Notes: a model not told the origin generated them from the sequence alone. A stretch of DNA of 64,000 bases from an uncultured Acidobacteriota bacterium (GCA_963804995.1 CAWDSK010000001.1:371305-435304); one strand, 5' to 3'. Positions 52,365 through 62,303 are shown, counted from the first letter of the stretch. Program-made: numbers and translations.

Positions 52365-54379
52365 CCTGCCTTTCGCACTTCCACCCGCTACCGGGCTGAT
52401 TTTGGCAGCTTGCGGTGCACAAGGTCTTTGCCTTCAATGGGCGCGGGTTGAAGAGTGCTTGTAGGCCCGACCTACCCTCTTTTCTGGGGCGCGAAGGTCT
52501 GGCATTCTGGGGCGTGCACCTGAAGATTCATCGACGCAAAAAGGACGGCAAGGAACATCGTTATTTCAGCATCGTCGAGAGTCGGCGCGTGTCGCGCTCG
52601 AAGGTCGTGCATCGGACGGTGCTGTATCTGGGCGAAATCAACGACAGCCAACAATCCGCGTGGCGCAAGACGCTGGAGGTTTTTGACGAGGACCGTCGCG
52701 TCCTCGCGTCCCTGAGCCTCTTCCCGGAGGACCGCGAACTTCCTGCGGATGCTGTGGACGGCGTACAAGTGAAGTTGAGTGAAATGCGCGTTGAGCGGCC
52801 GCGCACCTTCGGTGGCTGTTGGTTGGGCTGCGAGCTGTGGCGCCAGTTGAAGCTGGACGAGTTCTGGCAGGCGAGGTTGCCGGAAGGGCGCGAGGGAGTT
52901 CCGTGGGAGAAGGTGCTACGGCTGCTGGTGGTGAACCGGTTGATCGAGCCGGGCAGCGAATTCCGTGTGCATCGGCACTGGTTCGATCAGACCGCCATGG
53001 CCGAGTTGCTGGCAGTGAACTTCGCGGTGGCCGAGAAGGACCGGCTCTATCGTTGTCTGGATCGAATACTGGCGCACAAGGCGGAGTTGTTCCAGCACCT
53101 GCGGCTGCGGTGGCAAGACCTCTTTGCGGCGCGCTTTGATCTGCTCCTCTACGATCTCACCAGCACCTATGTGGAAGGAGAGGCGGAAGCGATTCCCAAA
53201 GCCCGCCACGGTTACAGCCGGGACGGGCGGTTCGACTGTCGGCAGGTGGTGATCGCCCTGGTGCTGACGCCGGAAGGTTTCCCGCTGGCCTACGAAGTGA
53301 TGGAGGGGAATACTTCCGACCGGAACAGCTTGCGCGGTTTTCTGGACAAGATCGAGAGCGTGTACGGCAAGGCACGGCGGGTGTGGATGATGGATCGGGG
53401 AGTTCCCAGTGAAGAACTGCTGGCGGAGATGCGCACCCCGGGGCGGGAGATGTTTTACCTGGTGGGGACGCCACGGGGCAAGATCCGGCAGTACGAAGCG
53501 AAGTGGACGGAACTGCCGTGGCGGAAGGTGCGCGAGTCGGTAGAGGTGAAACTGTTCGCGGAGGAAGGCGAGTTGTATGTGCTGGCGAAGAGCGCAGGCC
53601 GCCAGGCGAAAGAGATGGCCATCCGTCGACGCAAGCTGGCACGGCTGTTGTGGAGGCTGCGGGCCTTGCGGCGCGTGTGTCCGACGCGTGATGCGTTGCT
53701 GATGAAGATCGGAGCAGCCAAGAGTGAAGCCGGACGGGCCTTCGGTTTCGTGAAGATCAGCGTGCCCAAGGCCCAGGAAGAAGTGACTCGCCAGACCTTC
53801 CAGTTCCGGCTCGAGCGCAGCAAGTTGGAGGAAGCGGAGCGGCGCGATGGACATTATCTGTTGCGCACCAATCTGACGGGGGAAAATCCCGAGGTGTTGT
53901 GGGACCGCTACATGCAACTGGCGCAGATCGAAGCGGCCTTTAAGTGTTTGAAGAGTGAGCTGGGAATTCGGCCGATTTATCATCAAATAGAACATCGCGT
54001 CGAGGCCCACATCCTCATTGCCTTTCTGGCGTACGGCTTGTGGGTGACGCTGAAACAGCGTCTGCAGGCCCACGCTCCGGGCCTGACGCCGAAAGCGGTG
54101 CTGGAGAAGCTGGCGGGCATGCAGATGCTCGATGTGTCTTTCCCGACCACGGATGGGCGCCGATTAGTGATGCCCCGCTACACCGAGCCGACACCCGAAC
54201 AAAAGCTCCTGTTGCACGAACTGCAGCTCGTGCTCCCCACTCAGCCACCGCCCAGGATCACGGTCCAGCCGGAAATCTTTCCTGCTGGAATGCTGCGTTT
54301 GTAGGCCAGACCTTGGCAATGCCTGTACTGAAAAGAAGCGAGTTAACCCAACTCAACACCCTGAAGTGCGAAAGTTCGG
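52365..54379 (+). mobile_element. IS1634-like (IS4 superfamily) insertion sequence, 2015 bp
   Basis: Terminal IRs are cctgcctttcgcacttcc (52365-52382) and ctgaagtgcgaaagttcgg (54361-54379), matching at 15 of 18 aligned positions. It is flanked by CTAG direct repeats at 52361-52364 and 54380-54383 and encodes a single transposase ORF. Confidence 0.8.
52514..54304 (+). CDS. IS1634-family DDE transposase
   Basis: VHLKIHRRKKDGKEHRYFSIVESRRVSRSKVVHRTVLYLGEI is an N-terminus typical of IS1634 transposases. DDE elements are LLLYDLTSTYVEG, VWMMDRGVPSEE and YMQLAQIEAAFKCLKSELGIRPIYH. The ORF track starts at GTG 52415. Confidence 0.8.
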   Translation: MHLKIHRRKKDGKEHRYFSIVESRRVSRSKVVHRTVLYLGEINDSQQSAWRKTLEVFDEDRRVLASLSLFPEDRELPADAVDGVQVKLSEMRVERPRTFGGCWLGCELWRQLKLDEFWQARLPEGREGVPWEKVLRLLVVNRLIEPGSEFRVHRHWFDQTAMAELLAVNFAVAEKDRLYRCLDRILAHKAELFQHLRLRWQDLFAARFDLLLYDLTSTYVEGEAEAIPKARHGYSRDGRFDCRQVVIALVLTPEGFPLAYEVMEGNTSDRNSLRGFLDKIESVYGKARRVWMMDRGVPSEELLAEMRTPGREMFYLVGTPRGKIRQYEAKWTELPWRKVRESVEVKLFAEEGELYVLAKSAGRQAKEMAIRRRKLARLLWRLRALRRVCPTRDALLMKIGAAKSEAGRAFGFVKISVPKAQEEVTRQTFQFRLERSKLEEAERRDGHYLLRTNLTGENPEVLWDRYMQLAQIEAAFKCLKSELGIRPIYHQIEHRVEAHILIAFLAYGLWVTLKQRLQAHAPGLTPKAVLEKLAGMQMLDVSFPTTDGRRLVMPRYTEPTPEQKLLLHELQLVLPTQPPPRITVQPEIFPAGMLRL

Positions 54380-57372
54380 CTAGACAGGTAGTTCAGGTCG
54401 TTATAGATGGTAGTGTCGTTCATGGCCTTCGACAGGGTATAGGCAGCTTGAAAACTCAGGCCATGAGAGCTCTGCCGGCGGAGGGTCACCTGAAGACCGT
54501 TATACCGGGACTCGCCGGTAAACTGGCTGTCGGTCAAGGCGGAGGGCGTCTCTCCCATGAACGGAACGCGCAGTGCCGCGTTGACCGCGGTATTGGTCGA
54601 GATGCAATCGGCAGGCGCTCCCGTGTAGCCACAGTTGACCGGCTTATTGGGACTCGCGAGCAGCGGCTGGTTCAGGCCCACACCGACCAGCAGGTGGTCA
54701 CCGTACGAGCCGACATAGCCAACGTCCAGGGTGAAGGCTCGGGGCAGTTTGGTCTGGATGCTCAGGTTGAATTGCTGGAGCTGGGGGATTTTGTATTCCG
54801 GGCCGGCGATGCGGTCAGAAAGCTGGGAAGTCGGCGTGCGCGCCACAAAGCCCAGCGTGGTCGTCGGAAACGGCTTCGCGAGATCGGACTGGCCATTGCT
54901 TGAGTCCGTGTTAGTGAAGCCTTGCGCAAACGGCGCCGCGGTGAACAGGGGAGCGCTGGCGGCGTTGGCGCTGAAAGTGGGCGCCTGGTAAAACCATCCG
55001 TACCCGCCGCGCACCGCCGCGCGCCCGGCGGCTCCGAATGGCTGCCACGCAAAACCAAAACGGGGGGCGAACTTCCCAAGCGGCGTGTTGTTCTGATAGA
55101 AACTGCGGTTGGGACCGGTCAATACACCCGAGGGCGGTGGACCGAACGGCTTGCCCGTGTACGGATTGATGAGGGCCGGATTGTAGTTCGCCGCCACCAC
55201 GTCGCCGACCAGCGTTCCTGCGGTCGGTGGAATCGGCACTTGCTGCAACAGCGACGGCCAGACGTTCCCGATCGTACCTGCCCTGTCGAACGCGGCGCCC
55301 ACATACTCCCAGCGCAGGCCGGCATTGAGCGTAAGCCGCGGCGTCACCTTGAAATCGTCCTGCGCGAACGTGGCCCCGTAATTGTGCCGGTATTGATACT
55401 GAACCTGGCCCTCCGGCCCCACCCCCTCGTTGGCTCTCACCGTCTCGATGTTGCTGCGGCCGCCGGGGCTTTGGTTATCCGCCGCACTGAGGCCCACCAG
55501 CAAGTCTTCGAACGTTTCGAACGTGACCTTTCCGCGTGCGGCGCCGGTGTCCAGCCGGTCGTTGTGCTGCATAAGAAAAACTCCACCCACCCGGGCATGG
55601 TGCCTTCCGTGCACCAAGGAGAGATTGTCCGTCCACGCGAGCGTGTTCGTGTGCGTCGAGAAGTCATTGGCGCCGTTGCCGAAAAAGCGGAACGTTCCCA
55701 TGGGGCCCAGCATGGTGACCTCCGGGGGCAGCGGAAACAACGGGTCCACCGGGGTCATGCCGAAGGAACTCGCCGAGGGAGTGCCGACGCCGCGGGCCGG
55801 TTGGAAGGTGCGCGTGTAGGCAAAGCGCGCTTCGTTCGCCACCTTGGGCGTCAGAACCGAGGTTAGCTTGAGGGAGAGCGCCACGTCATGCGCGTGGAGC
55901 GCCTGGGGAGAACCGGCGCCCGGGATCACCGGGGTCACCGTCGCTCCGCCCGGCGCTCCCAGCGATCGGTACTGATTAATTCTTGAAAAGAAGCCGCGCC
56001 ACGACAAGGTGTTGACAGACAACGCCACATAGTCGCTGTTCGCCACGAAATGATCCTCGTTGTAATAGGACGGGAAGCTGAAGGACGAGAAACCCATGCC
56101 CGCATTGCTGCCGGACGGGATGATCGTTTGGGGTACCGGGATCAGGTATGTGCCATCGGGCAGCCGGGTTTGCAGGATGCTCAGGGCCACCGGATTGATG
56201 GGAGCGGTCGTGGCGGTATTCCGGTTCATGCAGTCCAGTTGCTTCCCACCGGCAAAGGTCAGATAGCGTGGGTCGGGCCCGCCCGCACCGGCGCCGCTTG
56301 TCAGCAGATGATTCGCCGGGCAGAACTCGGCCGCCAGCGCCGCCGCCGACCGGTCGCTCGTAAGAGGCGGAAGGATGACCGTGGCCACGGAGGTGGGGTC
56401 CAGACCGTTCACCTGCCGCGTTCCCTGGTAGGAGCCGAAAAAGAACCACTTATCCCGCAGGACCGGGCCGCCCAGCGTCACTCCGAACTGGTTTTGCTTC
56501 AGATTCGGTTTGGGTTGACCGGTGGCATTGCGAAAGAACGCATTGGCGTTGAAGATGTCGTTGCGCACAAATTCCCAGGCGGTGCCGTGATACCGGCTCT
56601 CTCCGCCGCGGGTGATCACGTTGGTGCTCGGCACCATCGCGCCATAGCCGGTGTCGTACTGCGAGGTCTGGATCTTGAACTCGGCGATGGCGTCGGGATT
56701 GGGGACGGTGCTGGGGGAGTAGGCTCCGTCGATGGTGTAGTTGCCTGCCGCCGTGCTTCCATTTACGTTGACCGTCTGGGTTCCTCTGCCCAGGGTCCCG
56801 GCATTGTTCACATCCGCGACCGTGCCCGAGGACATCGAGAGAAGCTGCGCAAAGTTGCGGGTGGTCAGCGGCACGCCGGTGATGGTTTTATGATCCACCA
56901 GCGTGCCTGACGACGAGGCAGCCAGGCTCAAGCGGCAGTTGCACTCAACCCTCTCCCGGGGGTTGCCGCGTTCCAGGCTGGCATCCAGGGTGGGATCTTC
57001 CGAAACGTTGATGGCGATCGATGGGGCTTGCGCGGTCTTGAATCCGCGTGCGGAAAAGCTCACACGGTAGACGCCTGGGGCAAGCAACGAGAAGCGATAG
57101 CTTCCGTCTTCCCCCGAGATCATGGTGAGGGTCTGATTCGTCGCGTTGTTTGTCAGCACGACTTTTGTACCCGGCACGGCTCTGTTTTGGAAGGTGATGG
57201 TCCCGCCTAACGCTCCCGTGGCGTCAGACTGGGCGCACAGAAAACTCACGCCCCCCATGATCAAGAGGGCTCCGAACGCCGCGCTGAGGAAATTCCGTCT
57301 CCCGCCAAACCCGACTGAGGACCGGTTGCTGCACTCTGCAAAATGAGCGATGTTGCGCCAATGAAATGTCAT
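54380..57372 (-). pseudogene. TonB-dependent receptor (CarboxypepD_reg-like N-terminus), N-terminal approximately 1000 codons, truncated by the IS
   Basis: Signal peptide, then GTITFQNRAVPGTKVVLTNNATNQTLTMISGEDGSYRFSLLAPGVYRVSF (carboxypeptidase-regulatory-like fold) and a long beta-barrel. The native sequence stops at ...YNDLNYL, after which 13 IS-derived codons run to the stop at 54343. Start is taken at ATG 57372. Confidence 0.8.
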
Positions 57373-57617
57373 TAACTGTCCAGGATGAAATGCGTCATTC
57401 CCCCGGCTCTCCAGGCCGGTAATCGCACAATTGAACTGCGCGTCGCCGTCGGAACCGTCAGATTCGGGGCGGGACATTATTCCTCTTGTTTTGCCACCCA
57501 ACCGTTGTCCCGGTAACGAAGATTGCCGGCCTCGGCACTCTACCGTGGAACATTCTTCGGTGCTGAATTACTGCATGGCGTTGGAACGGGGCGGGCAAGG
57601 TAGAAATTGGCGTCCAA

Positions 57618-57854
57618 TCAGGGTGCCGCTAACCGCAGGTCCGCGGTGACGGGCAATTCAAAGAGGTCGCTCCGCAGCAGGCGCGTGGAGAAGAACATTA
57701 CTTCCAGGTTCTCCACTTGGCGCGTGGCGGGATTCAGGCGCGCCACCACATCGTCTCCCAATTCTTCCGATTCCTGGGCGGGATAGGGCGGGCACTTGTC
57801 AATGTGCAGGATGTCGGCTTCCCGGTCGTACTTAAAGGTTAACTTCGCGTCCAT
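57618..57854 (-). CDS. DUF2283-family protein (putative antitoxin)
   Basis: From ATG 57854: MDAKLTFKYDREADILHIDK... matches the MKxxYDxEADxLYI signature of DUF2283. It overlaps the upstream gene by 16 nt. Confidence 0.65.
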   Translation of the reverse strand: MDAKLTFKYDREADILHIDKCPPYPAQESEELGDDVVARLNPATRQVENLEVMFFSTRLLRSDLFELPVTADLRLAAP

Positions 57855-58159
57855 TCCACGACTCCTTGCCCAAGTTTGCTGACCACGTATGCGGTTATCA
57901 CCCAGTGGCGGCGAGTCCTGCATTCGCTTACGACCACCACAACAACATGCTTACCACCCATGATGTCATCAAACCAGCGTGAGAACAAGCGGGCATCTGC
58001 GGAGCGGGCGCTCTGCCGGACCTCGTGAGGTTCTGCCAACGTCAAACGGATGCGGTCGCGGATCTTGGGCAAAAGCTCCGGGTGGCGATCCCCGACGTGC
58101 TTTTCTCGTTCTTCTGTAAGCTCTACTTCGCCCGCCAGGTACGGGCAGGAAAATCGCAC
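57839..58159 (-). CDS. Small toxin-like protein (DUF4258-like partner of DUF2283)
   Basis: 106 aa, VELTEEREKHVGDRHPELLPKIRDRIRLTLAEPHEVRQS...KHVVVVVVSE...WVITAYV. The layout recalls the toxin partners usually found upstream of DUF2283 genes. The family call is tentative. Confidence 0.45.
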   Translation of the reverse strand: MRFSCPYLAGEVELTEEREKHVGDRHPELLPKIRDRIRLTLAEPHEVRQSARSADARLFSRWFDDIMGGKHVVVVVVSECRTRRHWVITAYVVSKLGQGVVEWTRS

Positions 58160-58233
58160 TCGCTGGTCCCCTCAACATGCCGACATGGCACCACCTCAAC
58201 CACTACATGCGCTCCAGTGTATGCGCCGCTCGG

Positions 58234-58256
58234 GGTGGTCACAAACTGTGACCACC
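58234..58256. promoter_or_regulatory. Perfect 10-bp inverted repeat upstream of the toxin-like gene (candidate operator)
   Basis: ggtggtcaca-aac-tgtgaccacc lies 75-97 nt upstream of start 58159 on the minus strand. Confidence 0.3.
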
Positions 58257-58310
58257 TGTTTCGTGAAGTGCCGTTCCCTAACCCCTAATCCCGAGCCCCT
58301 AACCCCGATC

Positions 58311-58529
58311 TCACCACTCATCGCGCAGCTTTCTCTGCTCTGCGAGGGCGTCACCCTCCCACTGAAGCTTTCCTACCACATCAGCGAAATTGTATTTGGA
58401 CCCGTTGGGCTTTGGCGTGCTGCCCACCACCAGGACGAGTTCCACGGCGCCAGCCGGGAGTTCCACCGGCACATCCAGCCGCAACCGCCCGTCCGGCCCC
58501 ACCTCACCTTTAGTCTTCACGACCTGCAT
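58311..58529 (-). CDS. Solitary antitoxin-like protein (AbrB/VapB-like N-terminus)
   Basis: 72 aa, MQVVKTKGEVGPDGRLRLDVPVELPAGAVELVLVV...FADVVGKLQWEGDALAEQRKLRDEW. The C-terminal G.L.W.GDa...QR.lRdEW tail is common in antitoxins paired with PIN toxins. No toxin ORF lies adjacent. Confidence 0.5.
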   Translation of the reverse strand: MQVVKTKGEVGPDGRLRLDVPVELPAGAVELVLVVGSTPKPNGSKYNFADVVGKLQWEGDALAEQRKLRDEW

Positions 58530-58755
58530 AGGACGCCCTCCCCGCGCGCGCCAACGGACTCACGCTTGGATTGAGTGTACCACGGGGCCCGGGAAGTCTA
58601 TAGTTGACAGTCGAAAGTTGAAAGTCAAGCCGCGCCCTAACCACGAGCCCACCGGGAATGGGATTCGCCCTGTCCACTGCCCCAGTCCCCAGCACCTCTC
58701 CTTCCCGAACCCCTAATCCCGAATCCCTATTCCCTGTATTTCCCATGCTATGAAT

Positions 58756-58986
58756 GTGGATACGCGATGAAGAGCCGCACCGGAACGCAAAATGCGCGTA
58801 CCTGTGCGTTACCAACTGCAAGGCATTAGAAAGACTCCCCTCCTGGATCAGGAGGGGTGGCGCGCCGAGCGCCGGGGTGGTCGATCAGAAGAAGGAGCCT
58901 ACCGCGTTACCTACTTGCCGGTTGACCGCGAGGGCTGCCTTTCTTGTGTTTAACTATCCACTGACCACTGACAACTAACCACTGCC
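58756..58986. repeat. Repeat unit U, copy 1 (contains a family-D repeat at 58834-58883); abuts cysteine-desulfurase fragment 1
   Basis: gtgga...gaagagccgcaccggaacgcaaaatgcgcg...gttacctacttgccggttgaccgcgagggc...ccactgaccactgacaactaaccactgcc is homologous to 60793-60958. Confidence 0.6.
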
Positions 58987-58989
58987 GTT

Positions 58990-59553
58990 TTGACCGGCCA
59001 CAAATTTCATGCGCCGAAAGGCATTGGCGCGCTGTACGTTCGTCGCAAATCGCCATTTTCGCCATTGGTCTACGGCGGGCATCAAGAGCGCAACCGGCGC
59101 GGTGGCACGGAAAGCGTGCCACTAATTGCGGGAATGGGGAAAGCTGCCGAACTGGCCCGCAAACACTTGCCGGACTATGAGCAGAAAGTGCGCCCGTTGA
59201 GGGACGAACTTGAGGAAGGTATCTTAAGTTCTATTCCCAATACGGAATTGAACGGACACAAAACGCAGCGGATTGCCAACACGACAAACATCACTTTTCA
59301 CGGCATCGAATCCGAAGCGCTGCTGATCTTGCTCGATAAGGAAGGCATCTGTGCATCGTCCGGCTCAGCGTGCCTTGCCGACTCCGACGAGCCCTCGCAC
59401 GTGATTAAGGCGATGAAGCCGGAGGCCATAGCGTCGCGACAAATGATTCGGTTCTCAATTGGTGCCGCCACGGCCAGAGAGGGAATCGAAGTGGTGGTCA
59501 ACACCGTAAAGTGCCAGGCGGCTGCTTTGCGCGACGTGTCGTCGCCGCATTGA
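58990..59553 (+). pseudogene. Cysteine desulfurase (NifS/IscS family), C-terminal 187-codon fragment
   Basis: LTGHKFHAPKGIGALYVRR...GGTESVPLIAGMGKAAELA...ASSGSACLADSDEPSHVIKAM...IRFSIG. It starts at the PLP-lysine motif and has no N-terminal half. Confidence 0.8.
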
Positions 59554-59615
59554 AGGAAGATTAGGGGAGTTATCACCCGGTCGCAGCTCCGGCGATTTCT
59601 CGCGCCCCGGCATGC

Positions 59616-60689
59616 TCAGCCCTTCGCCATCGCGATTCGGCTCCGCGCCAGCCGGACCGCTTCGTGCAGTTTGCGCTCTAATTCCTTCTTCGGCAACAAC
59701 TCTGTCCAGTAGCTGGCCACGTGAATACCGCTCTTTTCGAGTTCCAGCAGGGCGACGTGCTCCGTACTCTTGCCGGCGCAAAGGATCATTCCCAACGGTG
59801 CAGCCTCCTGTGGTTCCGCCGCGTACCGTTTCAGCCACCCCAGGTAGAGTTCCATCTGCCCTTTGTCCGCGGCTTCAAACTGCCCGATTTTCAATTCGAT
59901 GGCGATCAGGCGACAGAGCTTGCGGTGATAGAAAAGCAGGTCGAGGTGGTAGTCACGGTCGTCAATCTGCATGCGCAACTGGCGGGCTACAAAGCAGAAC
60001 CCCACCCCCAGCTCCAAGATGAACGACTCCATCTCCCGCAGAATGGCCGACTCCAAATCCTTCTCCGCATAGGTATCTTTCAACCCCAGAAAATCGAGGA
60101 CGTAGGGATCGCGGAAGACCAGGTCGGGTGTGAGCTTGTATTCGTCACGCAACTCCCTAAGCTCACGGCGGATCAGTTTGTCCGGCTTTTTGGAAAGCGC
60201 CGTGCGCTCGTAAAGCATCGACTGGATTTTCTGCTGGAGGGTACGTGTGCTCCAGTTCTCCACCCGGCACATTTCGGTGTAGAAATCCCGCTTGAGATGA
60301 TCCTGAATAGGAATGAGCCGCAGGAAGTGGGTCCAGCCCAATTGTCGTAGCAGCGATACGACAATTTCCCGGTCCGGGTAGGCCTCCGCGAACTGGATCA
60401 TCCGGCGCAGGTTCTTCTCGCCGAATCCCCGGCCGAAATCCCTCTCCAATTGTGCACTCAGTGCGGACACAATCTGTTCGCCATACTCCGCGCGTTTTTC
60501 CTTTAGGATGTCTTGCCGGATGCGCTGCCCCACATGCCAGTAAAGCGTGGTTAGCGCCGCGTCTACCGCGCGGGCGGCGCCTTGGCGGGCTTCTGCAATC
60601 AGTTCCCGCACGTCGGCCAGCAACGCCGCGAGCCCTTGGGGGCGTAAAGCCAGGGCCTTCTTTCTCCCGGGCGGTTTTCGTCCTATCAT
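59616..60689 (-). CDS. yhcG: YhcG-family (DUF1016) PD-(D/E)xK nuclease-domain protein
   Basis: 357 aa, LYWHVGQRI...EYGEQIVSALSAQL...FGRGFGEKNLRRMIQFAEAYPD...WSTRTLQQKI...DPYVLDFLGL...E.DLE.AI...FILELG.GFCFVARQ...DLLFYHRKLCRLIAIELKIG. Confidence 0.85.
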   Translation of the reverse strand: MIGRKPPGRKKALALRPQGLAALLADVRELIAEARQGAARAVDAALTTLYWHVGQRIRQDILKEKRAEYGEQIVSALSAQLERDFGRGFGEKNLRRMIQFAEAYPDREIVVSLLRQLGWTHFLRLIPIQDHLKRDFYTEMCRVENWSTRTLQQKIQSMLYERTALSKKPDKLIRRELRELRDEYKLTPDLVFRDPYVLDFLGLKDTYAEKDLESAILREMESFILELGVGFCFVARQLRMQIDDRDYHLDLLFYHRKLCRLIAIELKIGQFEAADKGQMELYLGWLKRYAAEPQEAAPLGMILCAGKSTEHVALLELEKSGIHVASYWTELLPKKELERKLHEAVRLARSRIAMAKG

Positions 60690-60792
60690 GGCGCAAGCTC
60701 CAAGCTATAACGCGGCCAGCACCCGGCTTTTGCCAGCGCGGGCTTGCCTTGCAGTTTACCTAATCACCAAACACTAACCACTGTCAACTGCC

Positions 60793-60958
60793 GTGGAAGA
60801 AGACCCGCACAGGAGCGCGAAATGCGCGCACCCGCGCGCTACAAATTCGGCCCTGGTAACCCCGGGCTACCGGGTTACCTACCTGCCGGTTGACCGCGAG
60901 GGCTTGCTGCTTTCTACCGGTTCAACTGACCACTAACCACTAATCACTGACCACTGCC
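60793..60958. repeat. Repeat unit U, copy 2; abuts cysteine-desulfurase fragment 2
   Basis: gtggaagaagacccgcacaggagcgcgaaatgcgcg...gttacctacctgccggttgaccgcgagggc...caactgaccactaaccactaatcactgaccactgcc. Confidence 0.6.
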
Positions 60959-60964
60959 TTTCCG

Positions 60965-61234
60965 ATGTGGGCGAATAACGAAACGGGTGTGTTGTTCCCT
61001 GTCGAGTCAATCGCGGAAATTTGCCAGTCGCGGGGCGTGCCGTATCACTGCGACGCGGTGCAAGCAGCGGGCAAGGTGGAGATTGATGTGCAAAAGATCC
61101 CGGCGGACTACCTTTCGCTAACCGGCCACAAGTTCCACGCGCCGAAAGGCATTGGCGCACTCTACGTCCGTCGCAAATCACCATTTTCGCCATTGGTCTA
61201 CGGCGGGCATCAAGAACGGAACCGGCGCGGCGGC
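60965..61234 (+). pseudogene. Cysteine desulfurase (NifS/IscS family), internal 90-codon fragment
   Basis: MWANNETGVLFPVESIAEICQSRGVPYHCDAVQAAGKVEIDVQKIPADYLSLTGHKFHAPKGIGALYVRRKSPFSPLVYGGHQERNRRGG. Homology ends at 61234; the ORF then reads into unrelated sequence up to 61276. Confidence 0.8.
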
Positions 61235-61259
61235 ATAGGGGCGGTACCCGGCGAAAAGT

Positions 61260-61784
61260 CTATTTCGACCATTTGAAGGCTAGGACGGTGATCGCCCAAG
61301 GCAATATGGCAAACATCATTGCGGTATAGGCACGCTTCAAGTACTTAAACTTATTATTGATGATCTCTGAATTTCGGTGGCATTGCTCCAAGAGATCTTG
61401 CAAATGCTGATCAGTCGTTCGGCATGACCAGCACTGACTGAATTCGTTAAACGAGTTGCCAGCGATCGACCCGAAAAACAATAACGATTTAGACGGACCT
61501 CTGGTGCGTGGGTAGTTGGCGCAGTGAATAAAGGTGAAGCCGGTCGCTAGCATACCTATGGTCGTCGCGAAGGCAACGACCGCCCACCACCTCCATTTTT
61601 CGGGCTCTGGTGCAAGTGACACTGCAACTCCTAGCATTCCAGTGTGCATTCCCAAGACAACCGAAATTTTGGTGTCCACTTTGCTACCCCACTGAAGCAC
61701 TCTATCGAGGTTTTTCTCAGCGTACGCGATCTGTTCGCTCAGGGGCCATCCGGCAACGACTTCGGCATGTACATTATTTTTCAT
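61260..61784 (-). CDS. Small multi-TM protein resembling the DUF5706 / Pycsar-effector (PycTM-like) family
   Basis: From ATG 61784: ...AEKNLDRVLQWGSKVDTKISVVLGMHTGMLGVAVSL...WWAVVAFATTIGMLATGFTFIHCANYPRTRG...LLFFGSIA...NSEIINNKFKYLKRAYTAMMFAILPWAITVLAF. The family call comes from my memory of its signature (aD.K-TM-TM-PR...yfg.i...KY..v..a-TM). Confidence 0.6.
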   Translation of the reverse strand: MKNNVHAEVVAGWPLSEQIAYAEKNLDRVLQWGSKVDTKISVVLGMHTGMLGVAVSLAPEPEKWRWWAVVAFATTIGMLATGFTFIHCANYPRTRGPSKSLLFFGSIAGNSFNEFSQCWSCRTTDQHLQDLLEQCHRNSEIINNKFKYLKRAYTAMMFAILPWAITVLAFKWSK

Positions 61785-61813
61785 AAGACCAAACTGATAG
61801 AGCAGTGGGTTTG

Positions 61814-62293
61814 CTAGTCCAATTCTGCGATTCGCTGTCTGAACAATTCCACGAGCTCGTCTGAAATCCAAGCGCCCGCGCGGATCATTTCTTCTAAGAT
61901 TCTGATTCCATCGTTCCCCGTAATTTCCCCAATCTCAATTGCGTATTCCAGCACTCCGATTGCGCCGGCGACCGGAATTCCAAATTCCTCCGCGCAATTC
62001 CGAGCCAGCTTGTCGTTTGTCAAAACAGCGGCCCCTCTAGACCATGCCACCACAATGGCACCAGATTCACCGAGCCCCAGTCCGGGTCTGCCCTCACGCA
62101 AACGTTGAAATCTCTCCCAGTCCTCCTCGCTGACCAGAGCTACCACCTCCGCACTTGGCATAGCTATGGAAGCACGATCGAGCTCATCTTGCACGAAGTC
62201 GGAAACCAAGAGACGCCCACTAAAAACTCGCTCGAGTGTGTCGAGCGAGCCGGAACGCTGAAAGTCCACGACAACGCTTGAGTCAAGCGACAC
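61814..62293 (-). CDS. PIN-like protein (COG2405 / DUF3368 type)
   Basis: Candidate GTG start at 62293, 10 nt after the upstream stop. Motifs are VSLDSSVVVDF...LVSDFVQDEL...GLGESGAIVVA...VLTNDKLARNCAEEFGIPVAGAIGVL. The ORF track starts at 62368, inside the upstream gene. Confidence 0.6.
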   Translation of the reverse strand: MSLDSSVVVDFQRSGSLDTLERVFSGRLLVSDFVQDELDRASIAMPSAEVVALVSEEDWERFQRLREGRPGLGLGESGAIVVAWSRGAAVLTNDKLARNCAEEFGIPVAGAIGVLEYAIEIGEITGNDGIRILEEMIRAGAWISDELVELFRQRIAELD

Positions 62294-62303
62294 GCGGGTT
62301 ATG

